This document shows, piece by piece, positions 1 to 9,489 of a stretch of 64,000 nt of DNA (the stretch's first letter is position 1; the number at the start of each line of letters is the position of its first letter). A program made the position numbers and the translations under genes. This stretch comes from a virus, in IMG/VR virus record IMGVR_UViG_3300048694_001252, positions 1 to 64,000 of that record; one strand, written 5' to 3'. The notes under the pieces were generated by a model. The model was not told where the DNA came from. It searched no databases and saw only the letters and a program-made list of their open reading frames with translations.

Positions 1-66
1 TGATTCATTCAAACGAATATTGATCCAATGCAAACTCGGAGACGCATAGTCTCGATGATGTTTCAT
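1..66 (-). CDS. Hypothetical protein, N-terminal fragment (runs off window)
   Basis: ATG at 64-66 overlaps the TGA of the upstream ORF (ATGA); the frame is open to base 1 (MKHHRDYASPSLHWINIRLNES). Confidence 0.55.
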   Translation of the reverse strand, partial: MKHHRDYASPSLHWINIRLNES

Positions 67-290
67 GACCACCTCAGTGCAAACAACATGGCATCAGCGT
101 CCGAGCGGAAAAATCCCGTGAGTTTACTGCCTACATACAGGCGAATATCATATTCGCCCTGGAGATTTTTCTGGCACCACGCATCATAGATGTTCTGCCC
201 AGCTGTCCAACTAAGAGGCGCAGGAACCGTCACAGTGTGAAATCCCTGCGCCAACAGTTTCTCCCGGTTCTCAAATACGCGGATGCCCAT
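63..290 (-). CDS. Small phage protein with C-terminal F-x-LRW motif
   Basis: Likely start MGIRVF just after the RNA ligase stop; ends FRSDADAMLFALRWS. Confidence 0.7.
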   Translation of the reverse strand: MGIRVFENREKLLAQGFHTVTVPAPLSWTAGQNIYDAWCQKNLQGEYDIRLYVGSKLTGFFRSDADAMLFALRWS

Positions 291-295
291 GCTGT

Positions 296-1297
296 TTATC
301 CATGCTTCAGGAGATACTGGTTTGAAACCGCTTTCCAATGTGCTTGGCTGTCTAGGGCCTTGAACACCAGACCCTCGCGCAGTTTAGCGGGATTCAACAT
401 ACTAGTGCCATCGGCACTGGCCAAAACATCTTCTACATTCAGTGCATCTACTTTGGTCGCAGTGCTAACCACAGGCACATGTCTCAGCCCCAACTGAGCC
501 ACAAGATCCCGGCGCGCCATGGGGCTGAGATACTGACCCTTGGCTATATCGTAGATGCTGTAGACAAAAAAGTCCTGACCCTTTATGCCATAGTGATTGC
601 CCTGCACACCTTCACCAATCAATTCACCCTGGATAGCGAGGTTGTCCAGGCCCCAATTGCGGAATTTGTCTTCGAGCTCATACTTGCGAGCCATGGCCCA
701 AAGAGTATTGCCCTCAGTTTCCTTGAGGTTGAGATTGCGGCTGCACACTATAAACTCATTATCAATCATAGCCACAGTCATGCTAGAACCTTCCAACTTC
801 TCCGTGACTTCCCAGTCCAGTTCTTTGAGCTGTGGCCACTCACTGACGAGGTTCTGGATACGTTCTTCATCAGTTTTAGGCACCGCACTGGGCCACGCGC
901 CCTTGACCACACCCGCTAACTGTGCGGGAACGGGCGGCTCATATTTGATGATGCCCAACCGTTCCGACACATCCATGCCAACAAAGTATTCCATGAAGCC
1001 CGCCACAGACAGTGGTAATATCAGACCCTGGCTCAGCTGTTTACGCAGACGCACGGTGCGAAGTCGTTCACCCCGGATGCCTTCAAACTCGCTGGGCTCT
1101 CGGCCCTTGCTGAGGAACGGTGCCAAAGCATGCGGAATCCAGCTGTCTACTTCACAGTAGATCACCGGGTCACCCACTTTGAATTCGCCTTTCTTCACCA
1201 CCACAGTCCAACCATCCACCACCGCACATTCAATCGCATCAGCATCGGGGATGGCACGGATTTCTGCGATACATCTGATCGTTGCTAATTTTCTCAT
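296..1297 (-). CDS. ATP-dependent RNA ligase (DRB0094/Rnl2-like, N-terminal OB domain)
   Basis: MRKLATI..I..IPDADAIE N-terminus; nucleotidyltransferase motifs TEKLEGSS, QGELIG, REGLVFK, KAVSNQYLLK; AGGAG SD. Confidence 0.9.
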   Translation of the reverse strand: MRKLATIRCIAEIRAIPDADAIECAVVDGWTVVVKKGEFKVGDPVIYCEVDSWIPHALAPFLSKGREPSEFEGIRGERLRTVRLRKQLSQGLILPLSVAGFMEYFVGMDVSERLGIIKYEPPVPAQLAGVVKGAWPSAVPKTDEERIQNLVSEWPQLKELDWEVTEKLEGSSMTVAMIDNEFIVCSRNLNLKETEGNTLWAMARKYELEDKFRNWGLDNLAIQGELIGEGVQGNHYGIKGQDFFVYSIYDIAKGQYLSPMARRDLVAQLGLRHVPVVSTATKVDALNVEDVLASADGTSMLNPAKLREGLVFKALDSQAHWKAVSNQYLLKHG

Positions 1298-1306
1298 GTT
1301 TTTCTC

Positions 1307-1402
1307 CTAACCTAATAAACAAAATGAACAAAGCGCGTTTTTGCTTCTAACTGGCCAATAGTGGCAGCACGAGCATTTGTATTTTCTCTTGATGCGTTTC
1401 AT
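1307..1402 (-). CDS. 31-aa basic Cys-rich microprotein (CxxH/CxC...CxxC, Zn-finger-like)
   Basis: MKRIKRKYKCSCCHYWPVRSKNALCSFCLLG; fills the gap between two co-oriented genes, starting 1 nt after the upstream stop. Confidence 0.55.
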   Translation of the reverse strand: MKRIKRKYKCSCCHYWPVRSKNALCSFCLLG

Positions 1403-1403
1403 A

Positions 1404-1604
1404 TTACTCGATCACCCACAAAACTTTCAACCACTTTTTGAAATCTCGTTGTTTCCACTTGCCGGTCTTGACCCACATGTAGACATTCTCCACTGGTATG
1501 GCAGCGATCTCGTCGTCGGTGAGCAGGTCTGCATGTTTGATGTCGTCATGCTGCACACCCTTGGTCTCGATGCGACGCCGGTTCAGTTCTAGGAAGCTGG
1601 CCAT
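1404..1604 (-). CDS. Hypothetical protein
   Basis: 66 aa, AGGAG SD, TAATG coupling to the upstream gene. Confidence 0.7.
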   Translation of the reverse strand: MASFLELNRRRIETKGVQHDDIKHADLLTDDEIAAIPVENVYMWVKTGKWKQRDFKKWLKVLWVIE

Positions 1605-1945
1605 TATCTATCTCCTTTGTTTAGTGCAATCGCGGCTGGTAGCAGCAATACAGTTGCAGGTTGACCCAGTAGGGCCAGGAGATGGACATGTTTGGGATCA
1701 TTATCCAACAAGTGACCGCAATCATCCCACGCGATTAGGGCAAGTATCGAACCCCACGCCGCACCCCCCGCCGCATCCATCGCCGCATGCCTCGCCGCAG
1801 ACCTCGCCGCATCCCACGCCGCATCACTCGCCGCATGCCACGCCTCATCCCACGCCTCATCCCACGCCGGGCCATTGGTCTTGACATCAGCTATGATGCG
1901 ATCAATCGCGGTGGCATTGGGCAAATGGCTCCAAGCAGTGTTCAT
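1604..1945 (-). CDS. Hypothetical protein with AW(D/H)(E/A)A low-complexity repeats
   Basis: AWDEAWDEAWHAASDAAWDAA repeats; tightly packed in the operon. Confidence 0.75.
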   Translation of the reverse strand: MNTAWSHLPNATAIDRIIADVKTNGPAWDEAWDEAWHAASDAAWDAARSAARHAAMDAAGGAAWGSILALIAWDDCGHLLDNDPKHVHLLALLGQPATVLLLPAAIALNKGDR

Positions 1946-1948
1946 TGA

Positions 1949-2254
1949 TTATTCCTCAACTTTTGTGATGCGGACTTCAACCGTGACTTCAAAATTATCC
2001 TTTAGATCGTCCAATTCCAACAGACCACAGCGAGTGCAGCGTGGACCGTATTCTGCGCTATAGAGCCCGTTGGCAACGTTTTCATCTGAGCAGCTGGTTC
2101 TGCTGTGCGGCACCAACTCCAACAGTGCGTCACGATGTTTGAGCACCAGATCAAGACGCTGTTGCCGTTCTGCCAATCTAGCCTGTCTGGCTTCTTCGGC
2201 TCTGCGCTTGAGTTCATCCTGCAATTCTTTGTCGGTTACTTTTGTGAGATCCAT
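1949..2254 (-). CDS. Hypothetical protein (coiled coil plus Cys/His cluster)
   Basis: Start MDLTKV after AAGGA SD; HSRTSCSD...CTRC. Confidence 0.7.
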   Translation of the reverse strand: MDLTKVTDKELQDELKRRAEEARQARLAERQQRLDLVLKHRDALLELVPHSRTSCSDENVANGLYSAEYGPRCTRCGLLELDDLKDNFEVTVEVRITKVEE

Positions 2255-2264
2255 GTTGCTATCC

Positions 2265-2588
2265 TTATTGTTCAGTGTTGGCCCAGCGCAATTGAAACAA
2301 CAATTGATCCTGAGCATTGGCAAAACGATATTCGCGAAACTCTCGAGCCTTGGTCCATATTTGAACACCAGCAGCATCAACCTCGTACACTTCCACGTTC
2401 AGCACATACCAACGGCTACCCTGCTGTGTTTCGTAAAGCCAGGCCTTGCGCGGATCTGCAGAAAAACTCAACAGCGGTAAACGAACCGCATGTGGATACC
2501 GGCGAAATATGTCAGGCGAAGGCCACGCAGTTCGTTTGAACTTGACATATTCGTAATAGCGTTCACGAGTTTCCATGATATATTCCAT
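2265..2588 (-). CDS. Small phage protein with C-terminal F-x-LRW motif
   Basis: Ends FANAQDQLLFQLRWA, similar to 63..290. Confidence 0.65.
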   Translation of the reverse strand: MEYIMETRERYYEYVKFKRTAWPSPDIFRRYPHAVRLPLLSFSADPRKAWLYETQQGSRWYVLNVEVYEVDAAGVQIWTKAREFREYRFANAQDQLLFQLRWANTEQ

Positions 2589-2599
2589 GCTCGATCCAA

Positions 2600-2860
2600 T
2601 CATTGGTCCAGATAGCTGGCTACATCGCGGATTAGCCACAACCGTTCTTCCAAGTCGTCTTTAGAGCCAAAACGATCATAAAGCAAATTGTCAGTCACAT
2701 TTTCCAAGTAATCCAACAATTCCATGATCTCGTCGGCTTCTTGCTCCGTCAAGTGAACCGTGCGATCTCGTAAAATAGCCAGGGTCGTCTTGGGTGCATC
2801 CAGCTGACGGCGGCGCAGTTCAGACATCAATTCATCGTCGGTGAATTCGTTGAGTTCCAT
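2600..2860 (-). CDS. Hypothetical protein
   Basis: 86 aa, TAATG coupling; N-terminus TDDELMSELRRR resembles TDKELQDELKRR of 1949..2254. Confidence 0.7.
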   Translation of the reverse strand: MELNEFTDDELMSELRRRQLDAPKTTLAILRDRTVHLTEQEADEIMELLDYLENVTDNLLYDRFGSKDDLEERLWLIRDVASYLDQ

Positions 2861-3135
2861 TAGTATTTCCTCATCAACAGCAACATCGTTACTGTGCTTT
2901 CTTCACGGAAATACAGCCTGCGACGTTTGACGTCATAGTACCAATTTTCGTTGTATTCACGTTCAAACAATCCAGACTCTGGTGTGGGATATGTATACCA
3001 GGGGCCATACATGCGCTGGAATTCTTGGGCATAACGCAATTGTTCACGACGACCAGCTTCGTTGCGGGAAAATTGCAGCATGTGATTCCATTTGGGGAAT
3101 CCATGATATCGGCCATTGAGCTTTATGTATTTCAT
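2860..3135 (-). CDS. Hypothetical early protein
   Basis: Start MKYIKL 7 nt below a sigma70 -10 box. Confidence 0.7.
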   Translation of the reverse strand: MKYIKLNGRYHGFPKWNHMLQFSRNEAGRREQLRYAQEFQRMYGPWYTYPTPESGLFEREYNENWYYDVKRRRLYFREESTVTMLLLMRKY

Positions 3136-3142
3136 ACGGCCA

Positions 3143-3171
3143 ATTATAGGCATCACACCTATTTTGGTCAA
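3143..3171 (-). promoter_or_regulatory. Sigma70-type early promoter
   Basis: TTGACC-17 nt-TATAAT. Confidence 0.8.
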
Positions 3172-3199
3172 CCACAGCTAAGTTGTTGATTTTACTGGG

Positions 3200-3919
3200 T
3201 CAAATCCACCAGGATTGGATCTGTGCGTCCCGGACTTGGTGTGGTTTGGGGTTTCCATGGAAAACCAGTATGGACGTGGTGGGTTCGATGTGTGCCCCGG
3301 TGCCGGGAGCCCGGCTCTGGCGCCGGGCAAAGTCCATGCCACCTTCCCAGACGCTCCAACGCCAACTCTGTACCGCGCTGTCGGGCAAAAATCTACAGTG
3401 ATCCGGGCCAATCGTGGCCTGGAGGAAATCTTGATCGCCGGGATATTGGCGCGCTGCTACCTCGGGGGTAACAGTTTGAAACTGCTGCCATATCCATGCA
3501 AAGGTTTGCACATTCCACCACATCACGCTGCTGTTCATGCAGTTATATCTGGGGCGTTGCAGATAACGAAAATCCCGGATGGTCCAAAACTTCTGGGGGG
3601 TGTTTTGCATAATCCAACTGATGTCGCGACAAATCACCACATCTAGATCAAAATACAGTAGATCCCCGGCAAAATGTCCCGGGTCAAACATCTGCATCTT
3701 GTACCACCAGCTTTTCTTGGGCCCAGCTATGCCCGGCCAATCAGTCAGGCAGTGTTTGATCATGTGTGGCGGCACTGATCTATCATGCTCGGTCCACACA
3801 TGGAAATCTACCGGCAGGCCGATGTTGCGACTGACCATGTTGTAGAGTCGTTCCACATAGATCCAATCGTACTTGTCACCATGCAACACACAACCCACAT
3901 CTATGCGATGTCGAGTCAT
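3200..3919 (-). CDS. Glycosyltransferase, GT-A/GT8-like
   Basis: WWYKMQMF, LYFDLDVVI (DxD), GDQDFL, VFHGNPKPH. Confidence 0.8.
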   Translation of the reverse strand: MTRHRIDVGCVLHGDKYDWIYVERLYNMVSRNIGLPVDFHVWTEHDRSVPPHMIKHCLTDWPGIAGPKKSWWYKMQMFDPGHFAGDLLYFDLDVVICRDISWIMQNTPQKFWTIRDFRYLQRPRYNCMNSSVMWWNVQTFAWIWQQFQTVTPEVAARQYPGDQDFLQATIGPDHCRFLPDSAVQSWRWSVWEGGMDFARRQSRAPGTGAHIEPTTSILVFHGNPKPHQVRDAQIQSWWI

Positions 3920-4701
3920 CGCGGCGGGTGATGCCATAGATGTGGATACCGGGTCAACACTGCCTGTACCTGTGGTGGATACTGTGTATCAACCACGGCA
4001 CTGCTGCATTTGTGATTGATGGCGCTGGTGGTATCCAATTCCTTGAACGCTGCCAGGACCTGTTCGGGATCGCGATGTTGGCTTTCAATGCAGGCCCGGA
4101 CCTTGTGACGCACAGCCGCATCATCGCCCATCCAGGTCCAATGCCAACCCACGGGATACGCCAACCCCACACAATGAGCACGATTCTTGCGTTTGATGCT
4201 GGCGCCTTTGTATAGCTCATGCGGCGTATCAAACATGCTGCGCCGGGCCACCACAGACCCTTTCCAGCCACGTTCGGCTCGCTGGTCCAGGCGATAAAAA
4301 TACATGTCCATGCCGCAGGATACCGGTTGCACGGCAGTGTCCATGAGCTCACAGATTTCCAGCCAATGCGTGGGGTCTATGATCTCATCCAAGTCGCCAT
4401 GTATCACGATGTCCTGGGCATCACAGGTGGCCAGGGCCTCACGGAATCCCTGGCGCATGGCAGTTTCGCAGGCCCAATTGACTTGATCCGAGTCCAGGGG
4501 CAGACATATGGTTTGTATACGACCACCCCAGCGTTGATTATATTCGGCCAGGCGTTGGGTGAGATAGTAGGGTTTGGGCAGGCCCGAGAATGTGCGATCG
4601 GCTTCCAATATGATCCAGCGATCCACATAGTGGCTGGAGATGGCCAGATGTATATCCAGCATGTCAAATTCATTGTTGAACAGTGTGGTGTCTATGATCA
4701 T
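3916..4701 (-). CDS. Glycosyltransferase family 17-like (beta-1,4-GlcNAc transferase type)
   Basis: IID..LFNNE.DML, E...TFSG.PKP, GDLDEI, GWHWTWMG. Confidence 0.8.
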   Translation of the reverse strand: MIIDTTLFNNEFDMLDIHLAISSHYVDRWIILEADRTFSGLPKPYYLTQRLAEYNQRWGGRIQTICLPLDSDQVNWACETAMRQGFREALATCDAQDIVIHGDLDEIIDPTHWLEICELMDTAVQPVSCGMDMYFYRLDQRAERGWKGSVVARRSMFDTPHELYKGASIKRKNRAHCVGLAYPVGWHWTWMGDDAAVRHKVRACIESQHRDPEQVLAAFKELDTTSAINHKCSSAVVDTQYPPQVQAVLTRYPHLWHHPPR

Positions 4702-4702
4702 G

Positions 4703-5332
4703 CTAGAATTGATATATGATTTGATAGGCATCATAGATGGGACAGTAGCCTTTCTGGCTCAAATATTCCACTATGGCACGACCTTTGCCAGTACGCCGGC
4801 CGTCTAGGAATCTAGCATTGTCATCTATGGCCACTATGGTCCCGGGTTTTAGATTGTATTCGATAGCACGAAACTCTCGCAAGTGATGTTGGGCGCTATC
4901 GCGGTCATCGCTCCATTTCACATCCCAGCTGTCCAGGTAAAACAGATCCACATCGTCGAGGTCCTGCTGTGATTCCAGCCATGTGACACTGTCGGCACAA
5001 TGGACCTGGAATCGTTCATCAGTGATGGTTTGCCGTGCGCGATCGCAGGCCTCGGGATCAATATCTACGCTGCGTACTATACCACTGGTGAGATTGACAA
5101 ATTCCAGGAACAAGCGAGAACTCTGTCCATCTTTCCAGTTGCCGGGGTTACGAAGTGTACCAGTTTCTATGATATTGTACCAATCAGATCCACGCTCCCA
5201 TAACAGCCGGAATATAATCTCAAATCCCGGATAACGTACCCCAATTCCCTCTTGTAATCCGCGCTTGGCACCACTGATAGTGGGTGTGAGCAGATCTTGA
5301 TAGTTTTTGAACCATTCCACGACAGTTTGCAT
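4703..5332 (-). CDS. Class I SAM-dependent methyltransferase
   Basis: IIETGT, SVDID, DLFYLDSWD, IDD...GKG. Confidence 0.8.
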   Translation of the reverse strand: MQTVVEWFKNYQDLLTPTISGAKRGLQEGIGVRYPGFEIIFRLLWERGSDWYNIIETGTLRNPGNWKDGQSSRLFLEFVNLTSGIVRSVDIDPEACDRARQTITDERFQVHCADSVTWLESQQDLDDVDLFYLDSWDVKWSDDRDSAQHHLREFRAIEYNLKPGTIVAIDDNARFLDGRRTGKGRAIVEYLSQKGYCPIYDAYQIIYQF

Positions 5333-5338
5333 AAATCC

Positions 5339-5366
5339 TATTTACCCAACACAAGGACTATAAATA
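5339..5366. promoter_or_regulatory. Back-to-back T4-type late promoters
   Basis: TAAATA on - strand (5339-5344) and full TATAAATA on + strand (5359-5366), each 5-6 nt from an ATG. Confidence 0.7.
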
Positions 5367-5371
5367 TTTCT

Positions 5372-6151
5372 ATGAAAAACATCGTGCTTGTTACCGGGGG
5401 TTTTGACCCTTTGCATAGTGGACATATCGCTTATTTCCAAGCCGCACGTGAACTGGGCGATCGCTTGATAGTGGGTCTCAACTCAGACGAGTGGTTGACT
5501 CGAAAAAAGGGTCGTGCGTTTATGCCAATCAGTGAACGTCTGGGGGTTGTGAGTAATCTGCGCATGGTAGATGAAGTCATGGTCTACGACGACAGCGACA
5601 ACCACAGCATGGCGGCCATACGTCAAGTACGCGATCGCTATCCCGACGCACACATCATTTTTGCCAACGGTGGAGATCGCACTCAGAAAAACATTCCCGA
5701 AATGTCATGCGAGGTCAATAATCTAGAATTCCAGTTTGGTGTGGGTGGCACTCGCAAGTCCAACTCCAGTAGCTGGATCCTAGAGGATTGGAAAGCGCCC
5801 AAGACTCCCAGACCCTGGGGTTATTATCGTGTGCTGCACGAAGTGCCTGGTTGCAAGGTCAAGGAACTCACAGTGAGTCCTGGGGCCAGCCTCAGTATGC
5901 AGCGACATCAGGATCGAGCTGAATTCTGGTTGGTAAGCGAGGGCATGGCCACGGTCTACACCATTGACTCCAGCACCGATGTGGAACTGAACGGCGTGTT
6001 CCGGCGTCATCAGTTCCTACACATCGCGCCGCACGAGTGGCATCAGCTGGTGAATGAGCAGCCCAATGCTCTCAAGATCGTGGAAATACAGTATGGTGAT
6101 CGCTGTGAAGAAGAAGATATCGAACGTAATCAACAGGTACGGTGGGGCTAG
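5372..6151 (+). CDS. Cytidylyltransferase-like (HxGH) domain fused to a mannose-6-phosphate isomerase-type cupin
   Basis: GGFDPLHSGH, GLNSDEWL..KKG, FANGGDR; then RPWGYY, SLSMQRH..RAEFW, EIQYG..C.EEDIER. Confidence 0.88.
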   Translation: MKNIVLVTGGFDPLHSGHIAYFQAARELGDRLIVGLNSDEWLTRKKGRAFMPISERLGVVSNLRMVDEVMVYDDSDNHSMAAIRQVRDRYPDAHIIFANGGDRTQKNIPEMSCEVNNLEFQFGVGGTRKSNSSSWILEDWKAPKTPRPWGYYRVLHEVPGCKVKELTVSPGASLSMQRHQDRAEFWLVSEGMATVYTIDSSTDVELNGVFRRHQFLHIAPHEWHQLVNEQPNALKIVEIQYGDRCEEEDIERNQQVRWG

Positions 6152-6954
6152 TGCCCTCGGACTGGGTTTTTCTCAGCAAAAACGGTCGGGATCAATACAT
6201 CAACCGGTTGGCGGCCAGTGCCGGTGTGCAGCCCACTGACACCGATCATTTTGACTATCAGCAACACTTGGGCACGATCGTGCTACGCGGTATTCTCAAA
6301 TACAAAATCATGCAGCGGTGCTGGCAAGATCAGAGACCGTTTTACTACATGGACTCCGGCTACATGGGCAACGCTATCAGTGTCCAGAATCCGCAAGGGC
6401 ACAAGTTGTGGCATCGCATAGTACCCAATGATCTCCAGCACTCACAGATATTGCCAAGATCTCCAGATCGACTGGGTCGCTTGGGTATCACTGGTCGTGC
6501 GCGTAGACATGGCAGTCGCGTGATAGTGGCCGTACCTGATGAAAAGCCCTGTAGATTTTATGGTATCGATCGTGATCAGTGGATCCAGGACACCGTGAAC
6601 ACGATCAAACAACACACCGATCGACCCATCGTGATACGTGAACGTGCGCCACGACGCCGGGATCGTGTGGCCACCGATCCCCTGGTCCAGGTGTTACGCG
6701 ATGACACGCATGCCTTGGTCACATTCAACAGCAATGCCGCGGTAGAGGCCGTGATTGAGGGTGTGCCAGTGTTTGTGACTGCACCTACTCATGCAGCTGA
6801 ACCGGTGGGCAATCGAGATCTCAGCCAGATTGAAGAACCTTTCTGGCCCGATCGGGATCTGGTCCGGGCATGGTTATGTCATTTGGCCTATGGTCAGTTT
6901 CATGTGCATGAACTTGAAGATGGCACAGCCTTGAGGATTCTCGATGGCGCTTAG
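6142..6954 (+). CDS. KpsS/KpsC-like (capsule biosynthesis) glycosyltransferase
   Basis: TDRPIVIR, VTFNSNAAVEAVIEGVPVF, LAYGQF. Confidence 0.65.
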   Translation: MGLVPSDWVFLSKNGRDQYINRLAASAGVQPTDTDHFDYQQHLGTIVLRGILKYKIMQRCWQDQRPFYYMDSGYMGNAISVQNPQGHKLWHRIVPNDLQHSQILPRSPDRLGRLGITGRARRHGSRVIVAVPDEKPCRFYGIDRDQWIQDTVNTIKQHTDRPIVIRERAPRRRDRVATDPLVQVLRDDTHALVTFNSNAAVEAVIEGVPVFVTAPTHAAEPVGNRDLSQIEEPFWPDRDLVRAWLCHLAYGQFHVHELEDGTALRILDGA

Positions 6955-7909
6955 AGTGATCAGTTACCTGGCCACTCTGCCCCGGGGACGGACCGCCGAG
7001 ACTTTGGCCAAAAATCGACTCAAGGCCGACACGCTGCGCTACTTTGCCGAAGGTGTAAATCGCCTGGGTGACACGGGCGTGATTTCTGAAAGCACCGAGT
7101 GGCAGCCCGCAGATGTGGCCGTGATCCTGGGTTGGGTGCATGAACGTAGCAAAACATCCGCGCATCTGGAACTGCGACGCTCAATCCTGGAGCAACAGGC
7201 CCAACATGGTGGTCGCACCATAATTGCAGACAGCAATCTTTTTCTCTATCGAGACACCACCAATCCCGGCTATTGGCTGCGCTACAGTTATGATAACGTG
7301 TTTCCAGGGCTGGGCGAATATTGTGACCAGGATCCTGACCCCCAACGTTGGGCCCAGGTGCAACAACACTTGGGCGTACAGTTACGCGATTGGCGGCGCC
7401 AAGGCAATCATGTGCTGATTTGTCTACAGCGCGACGGTGGCTGGAGCATGGGTGGACGCGATGTGGCACATTGGGCTCTCAAGATGGTGGCCGAAATCCG
7501 GGGCTATAGCGATCGTCCCATACGCATACGAGCACATCCGGGCGACAAAGGTGCTGTGAAATATTGCGAGCGCATGCGGAAACTGTTGACGGCACGCCGT
7601 GTACGCGATGTGAGTTTCAGCATGGCCAGTCATAGCCTCATGCAAGATCTAGATCAGTGCTGGGCTGTGGTCAACCACAATTCGAGCCCGGCCGTGGCTG
7701 CTGCGATCGAAGGCGTGCCCATATTCCTGACCGATGCTGATCACAGTCAGGCCAACGAAGTGGCCAATAGAGATTTCTCGCTCATAGAAAATCCCCAACT
7801 GTTTGATCGTGACGCATGGGTCCGGCGCCTGGCTCAGTTTCACTGGAGCCATCAAGAACTACAACAGGGTCTCTGTTGGAATCATATGCGTAAATGGGCA
7901 CAACCATGA
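6944..7909 (+). CDS. KpsS/KpsC-like glycosyltransferase
   Basis: SDRPIRIRAHP, VVNHNSSPAVAAAIEGVPIF. Confidence 0.65.
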   Translation: MALRVISYLATLPRGRTAETLAKNRLKADTLRYFAEGVNRLGDTGVISESTEWQPADVAVILGWVHERSKTSAHLELRRSILEQQAQHGGRTIIADSNLFLYRDTTNPGYWLRYSYDNVFPGLGEYCDQDPDPQRWAQVQQHLGVQLRDWRRQGNHVLICLQRDGGWSMGGRDVAHWALKMVAEIRGYSDRPIRIRAHPGDKGAVKYCERMRKLLTARRVRDVSFSMASHSLMQDLDQCWAVVNHNSSPAVAAAIEGVPIFLTDADHSQANEVANRDFSLIENPQLFDRDAWVRRLAQFHWSHQELQQGLCWNHMRKWAQP

Positions 7910-8703
7910 TCGAAGTAATCACCAGCGTAAACGAGTACTACTGGAATCTCATAGGTCGAGACTGCGTGGAATCTTGGTTGGCACACTGGAGCGACCAGTT
8001 CCGGCTCACAGTGTATGTGGAAGATTTCCGTCTGCCCATACAGAATGATCGCATCAGCGAGATTGGGTTTGATCAGCTGGATCCGGATTATGCCCAGTTT
8101 CAACGCGAAAATTTCAATGCCAGCACCAAGCGGTTTGCCAAAAAAGCCTACTGTGTGATGCATGCCATGCGGCACAGCACCAGTGCCTGGGTGATATGGC
8201 TAGATGCAGATGTGATCACGCAACAGGACCTGGGCTGGCCGCAATGGCACACGCTGCTGAATCCGCAGTGGTTAGCCACTTATATGGGCGTGATCTATCA
8301 ACTGGATAAACAAGGGAAACCTGGTATATGGCTAGTACCCGAAACCGGAATATTTGCTGTGAATCGACAACACAGCGATTTTAACTGCTTCCGTGGCGAA
8401 TATGAGCGACGATATCATCAGAGAGATAGTCAAGGTCTCAGGAGATTCTATGACAACGACGTGTTTGGTGCGGCAATACGATCAGTACCCACGGCTCCGG
8501 TCCTGGATCTCTGCGGAGGATTTGCCAAGGCCTATAAAACTCCGCTGCGACATACAGTGTTAGGTCCCTATCTCACACACTACAAGGCCAAACACAGCAA
8601 GGCCGAATACCTATTACCTAGCGTTGATTCCAATAGGATTCAGAGCGTGGACGCAGGAGATCCTTTGTCTGGCTGCGACCCTGATCCTTTCTCCGACCCT
8701 TGA
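7906..8703 (+). CDS. Nucleotide-diphospho-sugar transferase (GT-A)
   Basis: RFAKKAYCV, WLDADV (DxD), ETG; ATGA overlap with upstream gene. Confidence 0.7.
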   Translation: MIEVITSVNEYYWNLIGRDCVESWLAHWSDQFRLTVYVEDFRLPIQNDRISEIGFDQLDPDYAQFQRENFNASTKRFAKKAYCVMHAMRHSTSAWVIWLDADVITQQDLGWPQWHTLLNPQWLATYMGVIYQLDKQGKPGIWLVPETGIFAVNRQHSDFNCFRGEYERRYHQRDSQGLRRFYDNDVFGAAIRSVPTAPVLDLCGGFAKAYKTPLRHTVLGPYLTHYKAKHSKAEYLLPSVDSNRIQSVDAGDPLSGCDPDPFSDP

Positions 8704-9436
8704 GATGATCCAGATAGGCTCCCCAGGCCGTATTGATCAGGGGGTGACCTTCACCGCGTATGAGACCCTGGCTCCAGTTCCATAATCGCCAATTGGGATG
8801 ATCGGCCTTGACTTCGTCGCGAGTTTGATCAAACACCCAGCAGTCATTCCATTCGGTCATGGTCATGAGTCGTCCAGAATCATAGGCCCGCTGGAATTCT
8901 GTCAACCACAAGCGTGTGGTGGTGTCCCGGAGATTGATACCGTAAAGTCCGCACTCAGTAAACTTGCGTTCACGACCCAGATAAGCCAAACCTACCTCGG
9001 GTGGCATCTGACTGGCTATGAAATCCAGTGTGATGGGGCTGTGGCAAACCATGTCAGCATCCATCCAGAACAGCACATCAGCATCAGTGTTCTGCGCAGC
9101 ATGACATACCGCATAAACCTTGTGGCTGAATCTTATGGCATCCCAACGAAAGCCCAGGCCCGGCGCCTTGCCTTTGCGATCGGGCTCACCCAGGGCCACT
9201 TCGCCACGTGCTCTGGGATCTGATTGCCACCTCTGTTTGAATCGTACTAGATTGGGTACAGAGTCATGCAGATCGCGTACCACGAGATTGGCAGCCAATT
9301 GTGAGACCGCGCAGTCCTGTGGATATACATAGAGGGTAACAGCGCGGGGCCAATTCATCAAGAAAGTATCAATCATGCGACTGGCATAGACTTGATAGCC
9401 CTGGGCATGAAAAGTAGTAACAACAGCAAAGGTCAT
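8618..9436 (-). CDS. Nucleotide-diphospho-sugar transferase (GT-A), paralogue of 7906..8703
   Basis: RFSHKVYAV, WMDADM, ECG, DHLKG.RK. Confidence 0.72.
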   Translation of the reverse strand: MTFAVVTTFHAQGYQVYASRMIDTFLMNWPRAVTLYVYPQDCAVSQLAANLVVRDLHDSVPNLVRFKQRWQSDPRARGEVALGEPDRKGKAPGLGFRWDAIRFSHKVYAVCHAAQNTDADVLFWMDADMVCHSPITLDFIASQMPPEVGLAYLGRERKFTECGLYGINLRDTTTRLWLTEFQRAYDSGRLMTMTEWNDCWVFDQTRDEVKADHPNWRLWNWSQGLIRGEGHPLINTAWGAYLDHLKGRRKDQGRSQTKDLLRPRSESYWNQR

Positions 9437-9489
9437 GCTATGATCCAAACATTTAGTAGGTGCAGCATTTTGATAACTATTTACTCATT

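Noticed and set aside
8618-8703. 86-bp convergent overlap of two GT genes as antisense regulation
   Set aside because: More simply explained by a lost stop codon giving a non-conserved tail on 7906..8703.
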